A stretch of 60,741 nt of DNA from a virus. Lineage: Duplodnaviria; Caudoviricetes. Shown one piece after another: positions 45,122 to 53,069 of the stretch (position 1 is the first letter of the stretch; each line of letters begins with the position of its first letter). Location: positions 1 to 60,741 of the IMG/VR virus record IMGVR_UViG_3300035156_000099. One strand, 5' to 3'. The position numbers were made by a program, and so were the translations under genes. Below the pieces are notes generated by a model. The model saw nothing but the letters and a program-made list of their open reading frames with translations, searched no databases and was not told the origin of the DNA.

Positions 45122-45149
45122 AAAGCCCGCCTCCTGTGCGGGCTTTTTT
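45122..45149. terminator. Bidirectional terminator
   Basis: AAAGCCCGC-CTCCTGT-GCGGGCTTTTTT between convergent genes. Confidence 0.85.
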
Positions 45150-45156
45150 GTGCTTA

Positions 45157-45477
45157 TTAGAAAGGCACGGCCTCCTCCACTGCGTCAAACTCTTCGCGCA
45201 CCTGGGCTCGGGGGTCATCCTCTGATGGGGCCTCCCACTTCAGCGTTACGGAGCAGTCTTCATCGTTGAAGGTCATCTCGATCCCATCTACTTCCGCGAT
45301 CGCGCCCATCACCTCGTCCCACTCCCTTTCGCCGTCAGTCTCCAGCTTGTGGATCGTCACCCACATCTGATCCTGAGCGCGCGGGCTATTGATCATGTTC
45401 GCCACCCTGAGGTTCAGGCGCTCTAGACCAGACATAGGCTTGCTTTCTTGAGGCTTTTTCTTCTCTGGGCGGGCCAT
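45157..45477 (-). CDS. DUF1654-like protein, SOS-regulated
   Basis: ERLNLRVANMINSPRAQ..W.TI..WDEVM; LexA box upstream. Confidence 0.8.
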   Translation of the reverse strand: MARPEKKKPQESKPMSGLERLNLRVANMINSPRAQDQMWVTIHKLETDGEREWDEVMGAIAEVDGIEMTFNDEDCSVTLKWEAPSEDDPRAQVREEFDAVEEAVPF

Positions 45478-45494
45478 CCACTTCTCCTTGGTTA

Positions 45495-45510
45495 CTGTAT
45501 GTATGTACAG
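45495..45510. promoter_or_regulatory. LexA (SOS) box
   Basis: CTGTATGTATGTACAG. Confidence 0.85.
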
Positions 45511-45591
45511 GTTTGTGGCGAGCTTAGCTGAACCTTTCTCGAACCGTAAGTCTTGACGGCTTGATCTGGGGGGCGTATTTGGCCGCACCGC

Positions 45592-45644
45592 TTGTTAAGT
45601 TTTCTAAAATAAGTGTTGACGAGCTTTGTTAAGTTTTCTAAATT
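45592..45644 (+). promoter_or_regulatory. OL operators and PL
   Basis: Exact 17-bp repeat TTGTTAAGTTTTCTAAA (45592, 45626); TTGACG-17-TAAATT. Confidence 0.85.
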
Positions 45645-45693
45645 AGGCCCATCGAAACGAATCAGCCCCTACCAAGGGCCTCACGGATCGACT

Positions 45694-45705
45694 CGCTCTT
45701 TCACA
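45694..45705 (+). promoter_or_regulatory. boxA-like antitermination element
   Basis: CGCTCTTTCACA about 45 nt after PL. Confidence 0.7.
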
Positions 45706-45965
45706 ATCTGGGAACCTCGCGACCGACTACCCCTTAACAGGTAAGCGCGAGCAACAAATAGTCGATCCCATGCCAGCTCTGGAACTGGCCGTGCTCACCA
45801 GATGTGAGTGCGCGAAACCACGCAAGCCAGCCAGCGAAGAACACCGAGTACGAAATGTGTGACGCAGGCCAAGAGAGGACTCAGGCGATGAGCGTGGTGG
45901 AGAAATAGATTTCACTGGCTGGCCTTGGCAACAGGGCCAGACGGGAAATCAACCGGAGCACGAAC

Positions 45966-46229
45966 ATGAGAATCAACGTGTACAGCCAGGAGCTCACCAG
46001 TGAAGTGGTTGAGATCCAAAAGGAATCAAACACCGGCCTCACCTACAGCGCAGTGCAGATGATCCTGCACAGCAGTGAGCGCCTTCATCACCCGCCAGAA
46101 GACGATGACCGCAGTGCCGTGACGTTCTGGCTGCCCAAATCGAAAGCCCGACGTGAAGAGTTGGCCGGCACGTTCGAATACATGGCGCAACTTGTGCGAA
46201 ACGCGCCGTCCGAAACTGGTCTCGATTGA
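45966..46229 (+). CDS. First PL gene, hypothetical
   Basis: 87 aa, GGAG RBS. Confidence 0.75.
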   Translation: MRINVYSQELTSEVVEIQKESNTGLTYSAVQMILHSSERLHHPPEDDDRSAVTFWLPKSKARREELAGTFEYMAQLVRNAPSETGLD

Positions 46230-46376
46230 GTAACTGACCATGCCAACCATCCCCCTACCCCCACAAGCATGGGGCTACTGACAGCAATCATTTCGCTGTA
46301 CGCCCTCGGGTTTGGGCTGATGGCGGTGTGGTCTTGATGCAATACTGCTCACATCGAAAACAGATTGGAGGTCCCA

Positions 46377-46646
46377 ATGGAAGCCAGCGAGTTTATGGAG
46401 CGGTTTCTTGCCACGGCGTGCACGTTCGGCGAGTGGAAAATCGTGAGGATTGCAGAAGAGCATCGCGGTGCCGAAGTGGTGCCCGGCTTCTGCTGGAAGG
46501 AGATCAGCGTCTCAGCGGATGACCCAGAACTGAGGTCTGGCTGGCTCTATTTTGCGATGGGAGGCGGCAAGTACTTGTTTGTCGAGTACATCGACATTTA
46601 CAGCGAAAGGCGACAGTGCTACGTGTCAGAAATGAAGCCCGATTGA
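46377..46646 (+). CDS. Hypothetical protein
   Basis: GGAGG RBS; followed by a terminator at 46635-46659. Confidence 0.6.
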   Translation: MEASEFMERFLATACTFGEWKIVRIAEEHRGAEVVPGFCWKEISVSADDPELRSGWLYFAMGGGKYLFVEYIDIYSERRQCYVSEMKPD

Positions 46647-46690
46647 ATCGGGCTTTTTTGTGCCTGAGGCATTCGCAAGAGTGCCCATCA

Positions 46691-46791
46691 GCTCTGCAAT
46701 CTCGCCGGAACGTGAATACCGGTTACCCGCCAGCCTGTCACGAGGCATTGAATACGGCGGGCTGAGGGTTCGCCCTCGGAGATTGCAGAGC
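46691..46791 (+). ncRNA. Four-way-junction structured RNA element
   Basis: 13-bp stem GCTCTGCAATCTC/GAGATTGCAGAGC enclosing three hairpins, one with a TTCG tetraloop. Confidence 0.6.
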
Positions 46792-46794
46792 GAT

Positions 46795-46991
46795 GCAGAT
46801 GAATGCCCGGGCTGACGGGCAAGTGGAAGACCTGAGGGATCGCGGGAATCGTGGCCGGTAAAGTGAGTAAGCGCCCAGATGGCCACGGCGAGTCCAGGAA
46901 TAAGCGGCTGAAACCTTCGCCCCGGTGAAACTCCGGTGTCACTAAGGCCGCTAATAGTCGTGCGGGATATCAGTACCCGTCATCTGCACCA
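46795..46991 (+). ncRNA. tRNA-like ncRNA with enlarged central domain and ACCA end
   Basis: 7-bp acceptor stem, D-like arm, 5-bp T-like arm, ACCA. Confidence 0.62.
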
Positions 46992-47014
46992 CCCATTCGA
47001 AAAGATAAGAAGCC

Positions 47015-47395
47015 ATGAAAACCAGAGTAAGCAGGAAATGTGAGCTCTGCGATTCGGGGTTCTCACCTTTGATCGCAGAGATTAATCGAGGCAAGGGCAG
47101 GTTTTGCTCCGCCCTTTGTGCAAATAGGGCGAGGGCATTAGCTAAAGCCGCGCCTATGGCGCACAGAAGGACGCCAGAGTTTAGAAGGACTGACGCTTAT
47201 GCCATCAGACAGCGAGATGTTCATCATCAGGTTGAATATGCACTTCAAAAAGGAACTCTTACAAAAAGATCCTGCGAGGTGTGCGGGGCAGAAAAAGTGG
47301 ATGGTCACCACGACGACTACAGCAAGCCGCTAGATGTCCGCTGGCTTTGCAGGCGACATCACCTTGAGCATCACCGCAAGAGTGATAAGTCATAG
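47015..47395 (+). CDS. HNH endonuclease-like protein with N-terminal Zn finger
   Basis: CELC..FCSALC; CEVCG..HHDDYSKPLDVRWLCRRHH. Confidence 0.85.
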   Translation: MKTRVSRKCELCDSGFSPLIAEINRGKGRFCSALCANRARALAKAAPMAHRRTPEFRRTDAYAIRQRDVHHQVEYALQKGTLTKRSCEVCGAEKVDGHHDDYSKPLDVRWLCRRHHLEHHRKSDKS

Positions 47396-47465
47396 CTCCG
47401 GTCATCTGCACCCCATTCAACAGGTAGCCACTGCCTTCCCAGTGAGCGAGCAATAGGAGATACAC

Positions 47466-47753
47466 ATGAACGATCACGAGAGTGCATATGCGTCGGCAAG
47501 GTTTGTGGAGATCGTCAGTCAGGTTGCCGAGGATATTCGGGTTTCCCACACCCGTCCTTCTGTCGTATTCCGCCCAGTCTTGAGCATCGACGGGAATCAG
47601 TACTGCGCATTGTTCGGCGCTGACCTGCAAATCGGTGTGGCTGGCTTTGGCGATACGCCAGAAAAGGCCATGCAGGACTTTGACCGCAACTGGTTCACGC
47701 CGCTCCGCAACTCGCCATCAGGTATCAATCTGGCCGAGAAAGCCATCGCGTAA
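47466..47753 (+). CDS. Hypothetical protein
   Basis: DGNQYCALFG.DLQ.GVAGFGDTP..A..DF. Confidence 0.8.
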   Translation: MNDHESAYASARFVEIVSQVAEDIRVSHTRPSVVFRPVLSIDGNQYCALFGADLQIGVAGFGDTPEKAMQDFDRNWFTPLRNSPSGINLAEKAIA

Positions 47754-47874
47754 CACCCCGCCTACACCCTCCCGAACACACCCACATGCAACCTCTCCGC
47801 TGCCACTCGGGCCCTTTGCGTTCTTGAGGCTGCAGCTGAGTGTGTTTGGTTAATCAGCGCCCACGGAGGCTGCC

Positions 47875-48132
47875 ATGAATGTCACGCCTGAACCGGCAAC
47901 CGTCTTCCGTGGCGGTGGGCGCCGGTGGTTCACGCTGCGCGCGGCATGCCGGGCTGAAGCTCGGGAGCTGCTGAAAAAGCATTGTGATTGCGATTACTGC
48001 GATCACGAAGGCTGGGGCCGTGAGCATTTGCCCTGTCGTCTTCACGACTCAGACCGCTATCCACGAATCATCAAGCGCCTCACCGACGGCTATGTGCGCC
48101 GTTACCGGGCACAGCAGAGGATTGAACAATGA
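47875..48132 (+). CDS. Hypothetical protein
   Basis: GGAGG RBS, RRWFTLRAA. Confidence 0.7.
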   Translation: MNVTPEPATVFRGGGRRWFTLRAACRAEARELLKKHCDCDYCDHEGWGREHLPCRLHDSDRYPRIIKRLTDGYVRRYRAQQRIEQ

Positions 48133-48542
48133 ATGCCTTAGCCAAAGCGCAGTTCGAGTATGACAACCGCCTCCCGGTGGAACTCTGCTCGATCGCGGAA
48201 CGGGTTTGGATCGACGACGCGGCAGAGCAGCTGTTGCTCGGTGCCGACGTCAAGTTCAAGCGCTCCCTCCACTCTCCCCAGGGCGTGACCTACGAACAGT
48301 TCGCCGCTGCGGTGGATGAGTTTGTGATGGGCCAGCTCTCGGCCGCAGGCATCAGCAACTCAGTGCTGGGCCGACTGGTGCTGGCCGCCAAGCGCCGCGC
48401 ATCGTCAGACGCCTGCACTGCGGCCGCCGAGGCCCTGAACAGTCCCAACCCTGACGAGGCGTTACGCCAGATCGCGATCACGCTGCTGACGCCGCTGGCG
48501 AAAGATGCGCTGATTGCTCAAGCCGAGGATGAGCATCTATGA
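48129..48542 (+). CDS. Hypothetical protein
   Basis: Coupled ORF, AQFEYDNRLP. Confidence 0.7.
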   Translation: MNALAKAQFEYDNRLPVELCSIAERVWIDDAAEQLLLGADVKFKRSLHSPQGVTYEQFAAAVDEFVMGQLSAAGISNSVLGRLVLAAKRRASSDACTAAAEALNSPNPDEALRQIAITLLTPLAKDALIAQAEDEHL

Positions 48543-49153
48543 GGGTCAAGCGTACGCTTGTTTATGGAGTTGGTGTCAATGACGCCGATTACTGCGTCCA
48601 TGCCACCGAAAGGGTTAATGGCAGGCGAGTAACAAAGTTGACATGCCCTTTCTATGCAAAGTGGGTCAGCATGCTCGCTCGCTGTTATTCGGATCAGTTC
48701 AAGAGGAAACGCCCGACCTACAACGGATGCAGCGTCGCTGATGAGTGGCATGTATTTAGTCGCTTTAAATCCTGGATGGAAACCCAGGACTGGTGCGGAA
48801 AGGATTTAGATAAAGATCTGATCATTCGTGGGAATAAGGTTTACCAGCCTGATAGGTGCCTTTTCCTCAGTAGGCAGATAAATAGCTTTCTAGTTGAATG
48901 CGGAGCAGCAAGAGGCGATTGGCCGGTCGGAGTAAATTTTGACAAAAGTAAAAATAAGTTCCTGAGCCGATGCAATGATGTTCTAGCTAAGAAGCTTAAG
49001 TACCTTGGTTACTTTGACAGCCCAGATGAAGCGCATCAGTCGTGGCTTTCATTCAAACAAAAGCAGGCATCTATCTTAGCCTCCAATCAGGAGGATCCTC
49101 AGGTTGCCAAATACTTAGTAGCTTATTACGCATCCTATGGGAGCGAGCAATGA
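48539..49153 (+). CDS. HNH-like homing endonuclease with AP2-like C-terminus
   Basis: VYGVGVND, W.SML.RCY, EW..FS.F..W, LDKD, YLGYF; AT-rich. Confidence 0.85.
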   Translation: MRVKRTLVYGVGVNDADYCVHATERVNGRRVTKLTCPFYAKWVSMLARCYSDQFKRKRPTYNGCSVADEWHVFSRFKSWMETQDWCGKDLDKDLIIRGNKVYQPDRCLFLSRQINSFLVECGAARGDWPVGVNFDKSKNKFLSRCNDVLAKKLKYLGYFDSPDEAHQSWLSFKQKQASILASNQEDPQVAKYLVAYYASYGSEQ

Positions 49154-49344
49154 GCCCTCACATCCTCGCAGACGAATACCTGGAGACGTTCGAGTCTTCA
49201 GCCTGCCCAGCGATGTACGAAGTAATCGTGCTGCGCAACTTCACCCGCCTGATGGATGAAGGTCAGATCACCACCGAAGAATTCACCCACTACTGCAAAC
49301 GACTTTATGCCGCGCTTGAGCGCAGGCAAGGGAGAGCGGCATGA
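49150..49344 (+). CDS. Hypothetical protein
   Basis: MSPHIL..ITTEEFTHYC; coupled. Confidence 0.7.
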   Translation: MSPHILADEYLETFESSACPAMYEVIVLRNFTRLMDEGQITTEEFTHYCKRLYAALERRQGRAA

Positions 49345-49523
49345 ACGCCATGTACCAGATCGGAATCACCGTCCAGCGCCCGGCTCAGCCTGCGAAGGTT
49401 GTCCGCATCAGCCCGCCACGTCTGGACCAGATGCGTACGGATGCAGCAATCGCAGCCGCCCTCGCCCAGCGCGACAAGCTCTGGTCTGAGGCCGTTCGGG
49501 TTGCTGGCGGGAGTGTGGAGTGA
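49341..49523 (+). CDS. Hypothetical protein
   Basis: Coupled ORF. Confidence 0.6.
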   Translation: MNAMYQIGITVQRPAQPAKVVRISPPRLDQMRTDAAIAAALAQRDKLWSEAVRVAGGSVE

Positions 49524-49741
49524 TGACCCCTCTCTATCCCTCCCTGATCGACGAACAGATAGCCGATCTGCCAGAGCATATGGCAGTCCCCGAGGATCGG
49601 GTTCTGATGGTGTTCAAGGGCCTGACCATGCTGGACGCCATGCGCGAGGCCGAGCGGGCGCATATCTCCAACCCTGAAGCGTGGAGCCGGCGGGCTTGCC
49701 TGTGTGGTGAGTGGACGCTGAGTTACGAGGTACGGGCATGA
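49520..49741 (+). CDS. Hypothetical protein
   Basis: Coupled ORF. Confidence 0.65.
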   Translation: MMTPLYPSLIDEQIADLPEHMAVPEDRVLMVFKGLTMLDAMREAERAHISNPEAWSRRACLCGEWTLSYEVRA

Positions 49742-49986
49742 CTGGATGGATCAAATGCGGCGATCTTCTTCCCGCAGAAAGAAAGATCGTCTACATCGCC
49801 TACCGGCCTGAAGACCCAGCAACCGCCACCGCCTACCGCTACAACGGGCAATGGGTAGCGGCGGCTATTTTCTACAACCTGACGCACTCGCCAGGGCCGT
49901 TTGAGTTCAGGCAAAAGATCATTACCGATGAGGTCATGTCATGGCATGAGCTTCCCGATCTCGATAGTCAAGAAATAGAGGAATGA
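49738..49986 (+). CDS. DUF551-like protein
   Basis: WIKCGDLLP..VMSWHELP. Confidence 0.75.
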   Translation: MTGWIKCGDLLPAERKIVYIAYRPEDPATATAYRYNGQWVAAAIFYNLTHSPGPFEFRQKIITDEVMSWHELPDLDSQEIEE

Positions 49987-50136
49987 CCGCCACCCAGCGC
50001 CGCCGCCGATACGTTTTCTGGCGTGCGTGCCGCGCTGGAAGCGTTCGTCGCCGGCGGTATGACCGAAGACTGTGCGAAGCAGGCCGTGACCCTGATCGCT
50101 CAACGGAAGATCCCCAACATCACCATCCAGTACTGA
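49983..50136 (+). pseudogene. Deletion junction fusing two gene fragments
   Basis: MTATQRRRRYVFWR start joined out of frame to RAALEAFVAGGMTEDCAKQAVTLIAQRKIPNITIQY*. Confidence 0.65.
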
Positions 50137-50143
50137 GGTCGCC

Positions 50144-50923
50144 ATGTCTCAAGAAATAATCATGCCCGATTATCGCCGTCAGGTCGCAACACCCATCACC
50201 ACCGACAACAGCATCATGGCGGTGATCAGCCGAGCCGCCGCCGACCCAACCTGCGATATCGAGAAGCTAGAGAGGCTCTTGGCAATGCATGAACGCATGC
50301 AGGCCAAGCAAGCCGAGCAGCAGTTTTCCGAGGCGCTCTCTGCCATGCAGGAAGAGATGCCAGTGATCGGTGAGCGTGGCGGCATCAAGGACAAGAACGG
50401 CCGCATCCAGAGCACCTATGCGCTTTGGGAAGACATCAACGAGATGATCAAGCCAGTTCTGGCTCGCCACGGCTTCGCGCTTACCTTCCGGATTCCGAGC
50501 AATGACCGAGGCATTCAGGTTGAGGGCGTGCTCAGTCACCGCGCAGGTCACCGTGAAACGACTTCGATTCTCCTGCCAGTTGATACCAGCGGCAGCAAGA
50601 ACGGCGTTCAGGCGGTTGCCTCAAGCGTCAGCTACGGCAAGCGCTACACCGCAGGTGCCCTTCTGAACTTCACCACGACCGGCGAAGACGACGATGGGAA
50701 CGGCCCAGCTGTTACGCCGCGCGTGACCTCGGTGCAAGCGGCACAGCTTGCCGTGCTGCTGGAAAAATGCAGCGACAAGGCCAAGGAAGCGTTCGCCAAA
50801 ATGCACGGAACACCGGCATCGGTCGAGAAGGCTCTTTTCGACCAGGTGCTGGGGGCTCTCGCGAAATCGGCTGAGAAGAACGCCAAGTCGGCGGCCGGAG
50901 AAGAAAATGCAAATAGTCAGTGA
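50144..50923 (+). CDS. erf: ERF-family single-strand annealing protein
   Basis: YALWEDI..IKP.L..HGF, SKNGVQAVASSVSYGKRY, EDDDG. Confidence 0.92.
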   Translation: MSQEIIMPDYRRQVATPITTDNSIMAVISRAAADPTCDIEKLERLLAMHERMQAKQAEQQFSEALSAMQEEMPVIGERGGIKDKNGRIQSTYALWEDINEMIKPVLARHGFALTFRIPSNDRGIQVEGVLSHRAGHRETTSILLPVDTSGSKNGVQAVASSVSYGKRYTAGALLNFTTTGEDDDGNGPAVTPRVTSVQAAQLAVLLEKCSDKAKEAFAKMHGTPASVEKALFDQVLGALAKSAEKNAKSAAGEENANSQ

Positions 50924-51524
50924 TTTGAAGCAGGGAACGCCGGAGTGGCTGCAGATCAGGCTTGGCATCGCGACCTGCTCTGAACTTGAGTGCCTGCTCG
51001 TGAATGGCAAAGGCGAGGCAGGCTTCGGAGCGGGCGCGTTTACTTACATGGATACGCTCATTGGTGAGCGCATCACCGGCGAGGCAGCGGACCCGTTCGG
51101 TGGTAATCGACACACCGAGCGCGGCCATGAGCTTGAGGGGGTCGCCCGCCAACTCTACGAGCAGCGCTTCGATGTCTCTACCACCGAGTGCGGAATCATC
51201 CTCAACCACGGAGCAGGTTACTCGCCCGACTCCTTGGTGGGCACGGACGGACTCACCGAAATAAAGACCAAGCTGCCGAAGTTTCAGGTCGGTGTGATCC
51301 TCGCTGATGAGGTTCCGAAAGAGCACATCCCTCAGTGCCAGGGCGGTCTATGGGTCTCCGAGCGTGAATGGATCGACTTTGTCAGCTACTGGCCCGGCAT
51401 GCCGCTGTTCGTCAAGCGCATGTATCGCGACGAGGTCCTGATTCGCAAGATCAGCGAACGCGTCAAAACCTTCTACGAAATCCTCGACGAGCGCATGAAT
51501 AAAGTGCTCGGCCTCGCCGCTTGA
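50907..51524 (+). CDS. YqaJ/lambda-exonuclease family protein
   Basis: QGTPEWL..RLG, RGHELE, SPDSL, EIK, QCQGGLWV. Confidence 0.93.
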   Translation: MQIVSDLKQGTPEWLQIRLGIATCSELECLLVNGKGEAGFGAGAFTYMDTLIGERITGEAADPFGGNRHTERGHELEGVARQLYEQRFDVSTTECGIILNHGAGYSPDSLVGTDGLTEIKTKLPKFQVGVILADEVPKEHIPQCQGGLWVSEREWIDFVSYWPGMPLFVKRMYRDEVLIRKISERVKTFYEILDERMNKVLGLAA

Positions 51525-51537
51525 CCTGGAGCAATTA

Positions 51538-52026
51538 ATGCCAACCCTTACTGATGTCGGCCGCCTTGGCCGTGATGCTGAAATTCGATACACCCCTGGC
51601 GGAGATGCCGTCTGCAACCTGGCACTGGCCTGCGAGTACGGCCGCAAAGGCCCCGACGGCAAGAAGCCAACCCAGTGGGTAGATGCAACGCTGTGGGGGA
51701 AGCAGGCAGAGGCCCTCGGGCCGTACCTGCTGAAAGGCCAGCAGCTCTACTTCACGATCGATGATGCCCACGTCGAAACCTTCCCGAAGAGCGACGGCAC
51801 TCAGGGCATCAAGCTGACTGGCCGGGTGATGGTGATCAAGTTTGCCGGTTCGCCTCCGCAACAAGACCAGCAGGCGCCAAAGCAACAGGCTCAGCGACCA
51901 TCTGGGCAGCAACCGCAGCAGAGTCGCCCTACGCCACAACCAAGCCAGCAAGGCGCGCCTCGCGACTTCGATAGCTTCGACGACGACATTCCGTTCTTTC
52001 CTGTGCACCACCTCGCAGGGGCATAG
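51538..52026 (+). CDS. ssb: Single-stranded DNA-binding protein
   Basis: GRLGRDAEIRYTP, FDDDIPF. Confidence 0.95.
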   Translation: MPTLTDVGRLGRDAEIRYTPGGDAVCNLALACEYGRKGPDGKKPTQWVDATLWGKQAEALGPYLLKGQQLYFTIDDAHVETFPKSDGTQGIKLTGRVMVIKFAGSPPQQDQQAPKQQAQRPSGQQPQQSRPTPQPSQQGAPRDFDSFDDDIPFFPVHHLAGA

Positions 52027-52028
52027 CC

Positions 52029-52715
52029 ATGCATATCAGCCTTGAGTTGAGCAGCATCCAGCACAACAGCATCCAGTCTGCCGAGATCGCCGCGGCAGTT
52101 GCCGAGTACGAGCGCCGCGGCGGCGTAATCCACAAGCTGAGCACCACTCAACGGGTCGAGCTGCCTTTCAATAGCGAGACGATTGCCTACGGCTACAAGA
52201 CGGCCGGCCAGAGTGAACGCAAAGCCCAGGAGGCTCTGGCGCTGGAGCGGCGCACCGTCGAACAGCTCAGGACACTTGCCAGCCTTGGCCTGAAGGGGGC
52301 GGCGGCGCAGATCGGCGTCAGCGCGGCACGGCTCGGGCACCTTGCCAAGGAATACGGAGTCACCTTTCCCTCGAAGATCCGTCCGGCCTCAGCACTGGCA
52401 CTGAAGCGTGAAGCTGAGGCCCTGCTGGTGCCTGACATCACGCGGCGATTTGCCGAAGGCGCCAGTCAACAGTCTGTGCTGCGAGAGTTCGGCCTGACGC
52501 GCGAACGGCTTCTGAGCATGGCGAAGCATCACTGCTTTGACCTGCCCGGCGCGGTCGATGAAGCTGCTGACCGCAAGCTGATTGAGCGCATCAAGGCATT
52601 CAGTGAGCTGGGCGTTCCGCGAACCACCTGCGCCAAGTGCATGGGGATCAGCCAGAAAAAACTCTGGCGAATCATCGACACCTACTCAGTCCACTACCCG
52701 TTGAAACCTCATTGA
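52029..52715 (+). CDS. Hypothetical protein with HTH-like repeats
   Basis: AVAEYERRGGVI; CAKCMGISQKKLWRI. Confidence 0.7.
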   Translation: MHISLELSSIQHNSIQSAEIAAAVAEYERRGGVIHKLSTTQRVELPFNSETIAYGYKTAGQSERKAQEALALERRTVEQLRTLASLGLKGAAAQIGVSAARLGHLAKEYGVTFPSKIRPASALALKREAEALLVPDITRRFAEGASQQSVLREFGLTRERLLSMAKHHCFDLPGAVDEAADRKLIERIKAFSELGVPRTTCAKCMGISQKKLWRIIDTYSVHYPLKPH

Positions 52716-52781
52716 AACGAAACGCGCCCCAGCGGCGAAAGAGAGCGGCGCAACACCACCTGCCTGCGAGCGGTATCGAAA

Positions 52782-53069
52782 ATGACCTGCAGCATTATCC
52801 ATACGATCGGCCCAAATGGCGGCCACACACTCCCGAAAGGCACTCGTCCATCAAAGCCAGTGCGCTGGGAGGTCAGTCTCTGGTTCCTGATGCCTGACGG
52901 CGAGAAGGTGATTCGCAGCATGGCGGTACCGAGCGCACTGATGTTCGACCTGGTGCCGCTGGTGAACGAGCAGGTCGACGCAATGATTGCCGAAATGGGC
53001 AACGAGATACGCGGCGCTGGCTGGACGGCACATGGCCGGGGCGCGGCGAAGAAGCGGAGGAAACATTGA
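52782..53069 (+). CDS. Hypothetical protein
   Basis: Coupled ORF. Confidence 0.6.
   Translation: MTCSIIHTIGPNGGHTLPKGTRPSKPVRWEVSLWFLMPDGEKVIRSMAVPSALMFDLVPLVNEQVDAMIAEMGNEIRGAGWTAHGRGAAKKRRKH

Noticed and set aside
46240-46338. Small hydrophobic ORF possibly broken at a G-run
   Set aside because: Too short to distinguish from chance without homologs
46795-46991. Canonical tRNA, intron-containing tRNA or tmRNA
   Set aside because: No TTCRA T-loop, clear anticodon arm, group I core or tag ORF recognised; kept as a tRNA-like ncRNA instead
49140-49153. Displaced-3'-end scar after the 48539-49153 endonuclease
   Set aside because: Similarity to the upstream gene end is too short to support
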